Origin: Chloroflexota bacterium
GTDB taxonomy: Bacteria; Chloroflexota; UBA11872; VXOZ01
Reading direction: 5' to 3'
Assembly (NCBI GenBank): GCA_964291655.2
Contig: OZ219802.1
Coordinates: 2,080,001 to 2,144,000 of the forward strand
Length of the DNA stretch: 64,000 nucleotides
The position numbers and the translations under genes were made by a program. Positions 60,302 through 64,000 of this stretch are shown one piece after another. Positions within the stretch are counted from its first letter, which is position 1. Each line of letters begins with the position of its first letter. The notes under the pieces are model-generated. The model had not been told where the DNA came from and did no database searches. It worked only from the letters and a program-made list of their open reading frames with translations.

Positions 60302-61651
60302 CTACATACCCACGTTGAGGTTCCAAGTGTAAGCGGTCTTGCCATTGGCGTTGTCGACCTGGCACGTCACGTGATGCGTTCCGGGATCCAGCGAAGAGAA
60401 GCGTAGCGTGCCGGTGCGCTCTGCGAGCGGCTCCCCATCAATGGTCCACGTATACCTCAGCGTGGGGTCGGTGTGCTCTGCAACGTCGAGCGTCGCGTAG
60501 CCGATGTGGCGGTAGGCGAAGCCCCGACCGGGGCCTGGGGTGCCGTCGGCCTGCACCCAGCCCTCCAGCATGTCACGGGCGGAGTAGTAGAGCACGTAGC
60601 GGCCGGGCAGCTTGAGCACGTGGGGCGTGGAGGTGTAGCGGGCGTCGAATGCATTCTTGTCCGCGCTAGGTGGGAACACGGGATGCCCGGGGCGATCCGT
60701 CCACTCCTTGCCGTCCGTCGAGCGGGCAATGGTGAGGTCGAACCAGTCACCATAGGCGTCGTCGAGTTTACCCCGCGCAAACGCTACGTCATCCCGCAGA
60801 CTCTCACGGTGGCCGCCGTGCCACATGACGAATCCCGGTCCGTCGCGAATGACGTGCGGATAGACGCACGACTTGTAGATGCCTTCCGGTTGAATGACGT
60901 CGGCAATCTCCTCCCAGTGAATGCCGTCGGATGAGCGCAAGAGCATGATGTGACCGTAGATCGAGCTGGGGTCGGGATCGCCCAGCGGCCGGGAGTTTGC
61001 CCACATGGTGAAGGTGCCGTCGGCTTCCTGGATAACGGAGGCGCAGCGTCCGCTGCGCGTGACCGGCTCCGGGTGGATGTCCCACGCAATGCCGTCGGGG
61101 CTCTCGGCATAGCCCACCTGCTGCGTCATCTCCACCAGCTCGCCGTCGTCGGTCTGCTCCCAGTGCGTGAGCGCGGAAAACCACATGCGATATTTGCGGT
61201 CTGCCAGGTCGTAGAGCACGAAGGGACTCTGAAAGCACCAGCCCCAGCCGCCGGCCTTCTGCAAGTCTTCATCGGTGACGATGGGGTTGCCGGGATACTC
61301 TTCCCATTGGATGCCGTCAAGCGAGGTGGCGTAACCTAAACTGCAGTTGGCGGGCCGCGGCGGGCCGGACGTGGCAACGTACCACATCTTGTAAAGGCCG
61401 TCGGCGCGAATGACCCGCGGCATGTAGAGCATCACCCGCGACCAGTCCTGCGTGGTGTTCGTGGTGGAAAGCACCGGCTCCGCACGCCGCTGCCACGCCT
61501 GCTCCGACGGCACCGTCTGCCAAGGCTCGATCTCCACACTCAACTCGACCGTTTCCCCAACCGCCAACGCTATCTCCGGGCCGGTGGGGTTTATCGCACT
61601 AATGTGGGGTACGTACCACTTGGAAGGGAAGCTTGAAGACGTGCTTGGCAT
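60302..61651 (-). CDS. five-bladed beta-propeller glycosidase-like protein (GH32/43/130-like) with split Ig-like domain
   Basis: Repeated S-x-DG-x-x-W motifs and YKMWY; beta-rich termini. Confidence 0.75.
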   Translation of the reverse strand: MPSTSSSFPSKWYVPHISAINPTGPEIALAVGETVELSVEIEPWQTVPSEQAWQRRAEPVLSTTNTTQDWSRVMLYMPRVIRADGLYKMWYVATSGPPRPANCSLGYATSLDGIQWEEYPGNPIVTDEDLQKAGGWGWCFQSPFVLYDLADRKYRMWFSALTHWEQTDDGELVEMTQQVGYAESPDGIAWDIHPEPVTRSGRCASVIQEADGTFTMWANSRPLGDPDPSSIYGHIMLLRSSDGIHWEEIADVIQPEGIYKSCVYPHVIRDGPGFVMWHGGHRESLRDDVAFARGKLDDAYGDWFDLTIARSTDGKEWTDRPGHPVFPPSADKNAFDARYTSTPHVLKLPGRYVLYYSARDMLEGWVQADGTPGPGRGFAYRHIGYATLDVAEHTDPTLRYTWTIDGEPLAERTGTLRFSSLDPGTHHVTCQVDNANGKTAYTWNLNVGM

Positions 61652-61804
61652 AGATGAACTCCACTGACGGTTGCAGTGATTAGAAGACTACGGCAACTAC
61701 TGATAGGGGAATGAGTCCAAGGCCCGCTTTTCCCCGGTGTGAAGACGCCGCCGCAAAACGCCATTTCACGCGACTCATAGCGCGCTTGAAATTGGCCTCG
61801 GCAG

Positions 61805-63346
61805 TTACCGCGAGTAGTTGGGCGCTTCTTTGGTCAGGATCACGTCGTGGGGGTGGGCTTCGCGGAGGCCGGAGGAGGTCATGCGGACGAAGCGCGCGTG
61901 CTCCTTCATTTCCCGGATGCTCGCGTTGCCGCAGTAGCCCATCGCTTGGCGGAGGCCGCCGACCAGTTGGATCACCAGCGCCGAAAGCGGGCCTTTGTAT
62001 TGCACGCGGCCCTCGATGCCTTCCGGTACGAGCTTCGCTTCCTCGCCAATGTAGTCCTGGAAGTAGCGGTCGCGGCTGGCGGTGCGCGCCTTCATAGCGC
62101 CCAGTGAGCCCATGCCGCGGTACTCCTTGAATTGCTCGCCCTGGTAGAGCACCACCTCGCCGGGACTCTCTTCCACGCCGGCAAAGAGCGAGCCGATCAT
62201 CACGGTGTCGGCTCCGGCGGCGATGGCTTTGGCCACGTCGCCAGCGTACTGGATGCCACCGTCGGCGATCACGGGGACGCCGTACTGCGTGGCAACGGCA
62301 GCTACATCGGAAATTGCCGTAATCTGCGGCACGCCGGTACCGGTGACGACCCGTGTCGTGCAAATGGAAGCGGGTCCTACGCCGACTTTCAGCGCGTCTG
62401 CCCCGGCCTTGATGAGGTCTTCTGCAGCCGCAGCCGTGGCGATATTGCCGGCAATCACCGGCACGTCGAAGAGCGTCTTGAACTTGCGCAGCGTTTCGAT
62501 GACGCCTGCCGAGTGGCCGTGGGCGCTATCCAGCACCAACACATCAACACCGGCTGCCACCGCCTCTTGGGCGCGCTTGATGCCTTCGACACTCGTGCCA
62601 ACAGCCGCGCCCACGCGCAGGCGGCCTTTTTCGTCTTTCGTCGCCAGCGGGAATTGAATCTTCTTCGCGATGTCTTTGACTGTTATGAGACCCTTCAGCA
62701 TGAAGTTGCCGTCCACCACCGGCACTTTTTCGATGCGGTGGCGGCGCAAAACGTCTTTGGCCTCTTCCAGCGTGGTGCCGACGGGAACCGTGATGAGGCC
62801 CTCTTTGGTCATCACGTTGTTCACCGGCTGATCGAGATTCTCCTCGAAGCGAATGTCGCGGTTGGTGAGTATGCCCACCAGCTTGCCGTTTTCGGTGATG
62901 GGCACGCCGGAGATGTGGTAGCGTTCCATCAGGTCCACGGCCTGGCGCACGGTGGCATTGGGCCCCAAAGTGATGGGGTCCACAATCATGCCGGCTTCCG
63001 AGCGCTTGACTTTGTCGACCTCGGCAGCTTGGACGTCTATTTCCAGGTTGCGGTGAATGACGCCGAGGCCGCCTTCTCGCGCCAGAGCAATTGCCAGGCG
63101 CGCTTCGGTCACGGTATCCATGGCGGCGGAAATGAGGGGGATATTGAGGGCGATGGACGGAGTCAGCCACGTGCGGGTGTCGGCATCTTTGGGCAGAACA
63201 GCGGAATAGTCGGGAATGAGTACAACGTCGTCGAAGGTAAGACCTTGTTTCAGCAACTTGTCATTGGACATGGGGTCGCTGGTCGGAGCTAGGGGCTCAA
63301 GAGTGGTGGCTATGCCCTCGCTCCCGGCGGTATCATTCCGTATCAC
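61805..63346 (-). CDS. guaB: IMP dehydrogenase with CBS pair
   Basis: [41 protein letters not shown]; GAGGAGG SD before GTG. Confidence 0.96.
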   Translation of the reverse strand: MIRNDTAGSEGIATTLEPLAPTSDPMSNDKLLKQGLTFDDVVLIPDYSAVLPKDADTRTWLTPSIALNIPLISAAMDTVTEARLAIALAREGGLGVIHRNLEIDVQAAEVDKVKRSEAGMIVDPITLGPNATVRQAVDLMERYHISGVPITENGKLVGILTNRDIRFEENLDQPVNNVMTKEGLITVPVGTTLEEAKDVLRRHRIEKVPVVDGNFMLKGLITVKDIAKKIQFPLATKDEKGRLRVGAAVGTSVEGIKRAQEAVAAGVDVLVLDSAHGHSAGVIETLRKFKTLFDVPVIAGNIATAAAAEDLIKAGADALKVGVGPASICTTRVVTGTGVPQITAISDVAAVATQYGVPVIADGGIQYAGDVAKAIAAGADTVMIGSLFAGVEESPGEVVLYQGEQFKEYRGMGSLGAMKARTASRDRYFQDYIGEEAKLVPEGIEGRVQYKGPLSALVIQLVGGLRQAMGYCGNASIREMKEHARFVRMTSSGLREAHPHDVILTKEAPNYSR

Positions 63347-63700
63347 CGGCAGTCCCTCCTCTGCTACACGTAACGCTCACGCTCGCTGAGTTCTCTTGCC
63401 CCCATTATACGGCACGACAGTTGACTGCGGAACCGGATTTGCACGCATGAGACCACTTTTCCTCTAGACTTTTTGTGGCCCCCACGTAGCCTACAATACG
63501 GCTTTTCGCAACCAGGCTCAGTCTCTATGTCGTTCTCTTAGCCTCTACGCATCATCATTCGGGAGCACTCCGCCCCGTTTGCCCTGAGCCTGCCTGTCCT
63601 GAGCACTTCGACAAGCTCAGCACAGGCCTGGCGAAGAGTTAACGGGGCGACATCAGTGGTTAATTGCCACTATATGGTGCGTAAGGCCCACAAATTGGTC

Positions 63701-63735
63701 TTGCTTTTCTGTCACTACTTAGATATTCTATATAC
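63701..63735 (+). promoter_or_regulatory. promoter for a probably leaderless PadR transcript with TAGA-N3-TCTA operator
   Basis: TTGCTT-17-TATTCT-6-ATG; no SD. Confidence 0.55.
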
Positions 63736-64000
63736 ATGTTACGCGAATTACGCAAGGGCACGGCCAGCCTGCTGCTGCTCGATCTGCTGGCAGCCCGGCC
63801 CATGTACGGTTTCGAACTCGCCGAGGCGCTGCGGGAGCGCACCAGCGGTGTGCTCGCCTTCAAGGAAGGCACGCTCTATCCTGCGCTACACCGCTTAGAA
63901 GCCGATGGGCTGGTGAATCCCTATTGGCAAGACAGCCCGCGCGGGCCGCGCCGACGGTACTACCGTCTGACAGCGAAGGGCCGCAAAGCGCTGGCCGAAC
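63736..64000 (+). CDS. PadR family transcriptional regulator (partial, runs off the window)
   Basis: Manual translation MLRELRKG...MYGFEL...EGTLYPALHRLE...RRRYYRLT; absent from the ORF track. Confidence 0.9.
   Translation, partial: MLRELRKGTASLLLLDLLAARPMYGFELAEALRERTSGVLAFKEGTLYPALHRLEADGLVNPYWQDSPRGPRRRYYRLTAKGRKALAE

Overview
GC-rich bacterial chromosome segment. Gene style suggests Chloroflexota (inference from Tat/lipoprotein solute-binding proteins and many Gfo/Idh/MocA, TIM-barrel isomerase, SMP-30, sulfatase and PhyH genes). It is probably origin-proximal, with two perfect parS sites upstream of recF and guaB further along. About 50 CDSs are present, mostly catabolic or transport genes, plus murD, an MraY-like gene, pabB, split MetE, a VapBC pair and a vWA-PP2C-Ser/Thr kinase triad. 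I found no rRNA, tRNA, CRISPR or transposase gene. Intergenic DNA is packed with REP-type hairpins and MITEs. The most striking signal is a family of exactly 24-nt hairpin inserts (5'-AGCCTG...) that sit at AG|G sites inside other repeats with no target duplication. Filled and empty sites both occur in this window, nested up to four levels, and a 24-bp-period diverged array lies next to them. The best protein-level novelty is an NCS2-fold permease with a rewired binding site fused to a degenerate RsbW-like domain. Family assignments come from motif recognition by eye, not from database searches.
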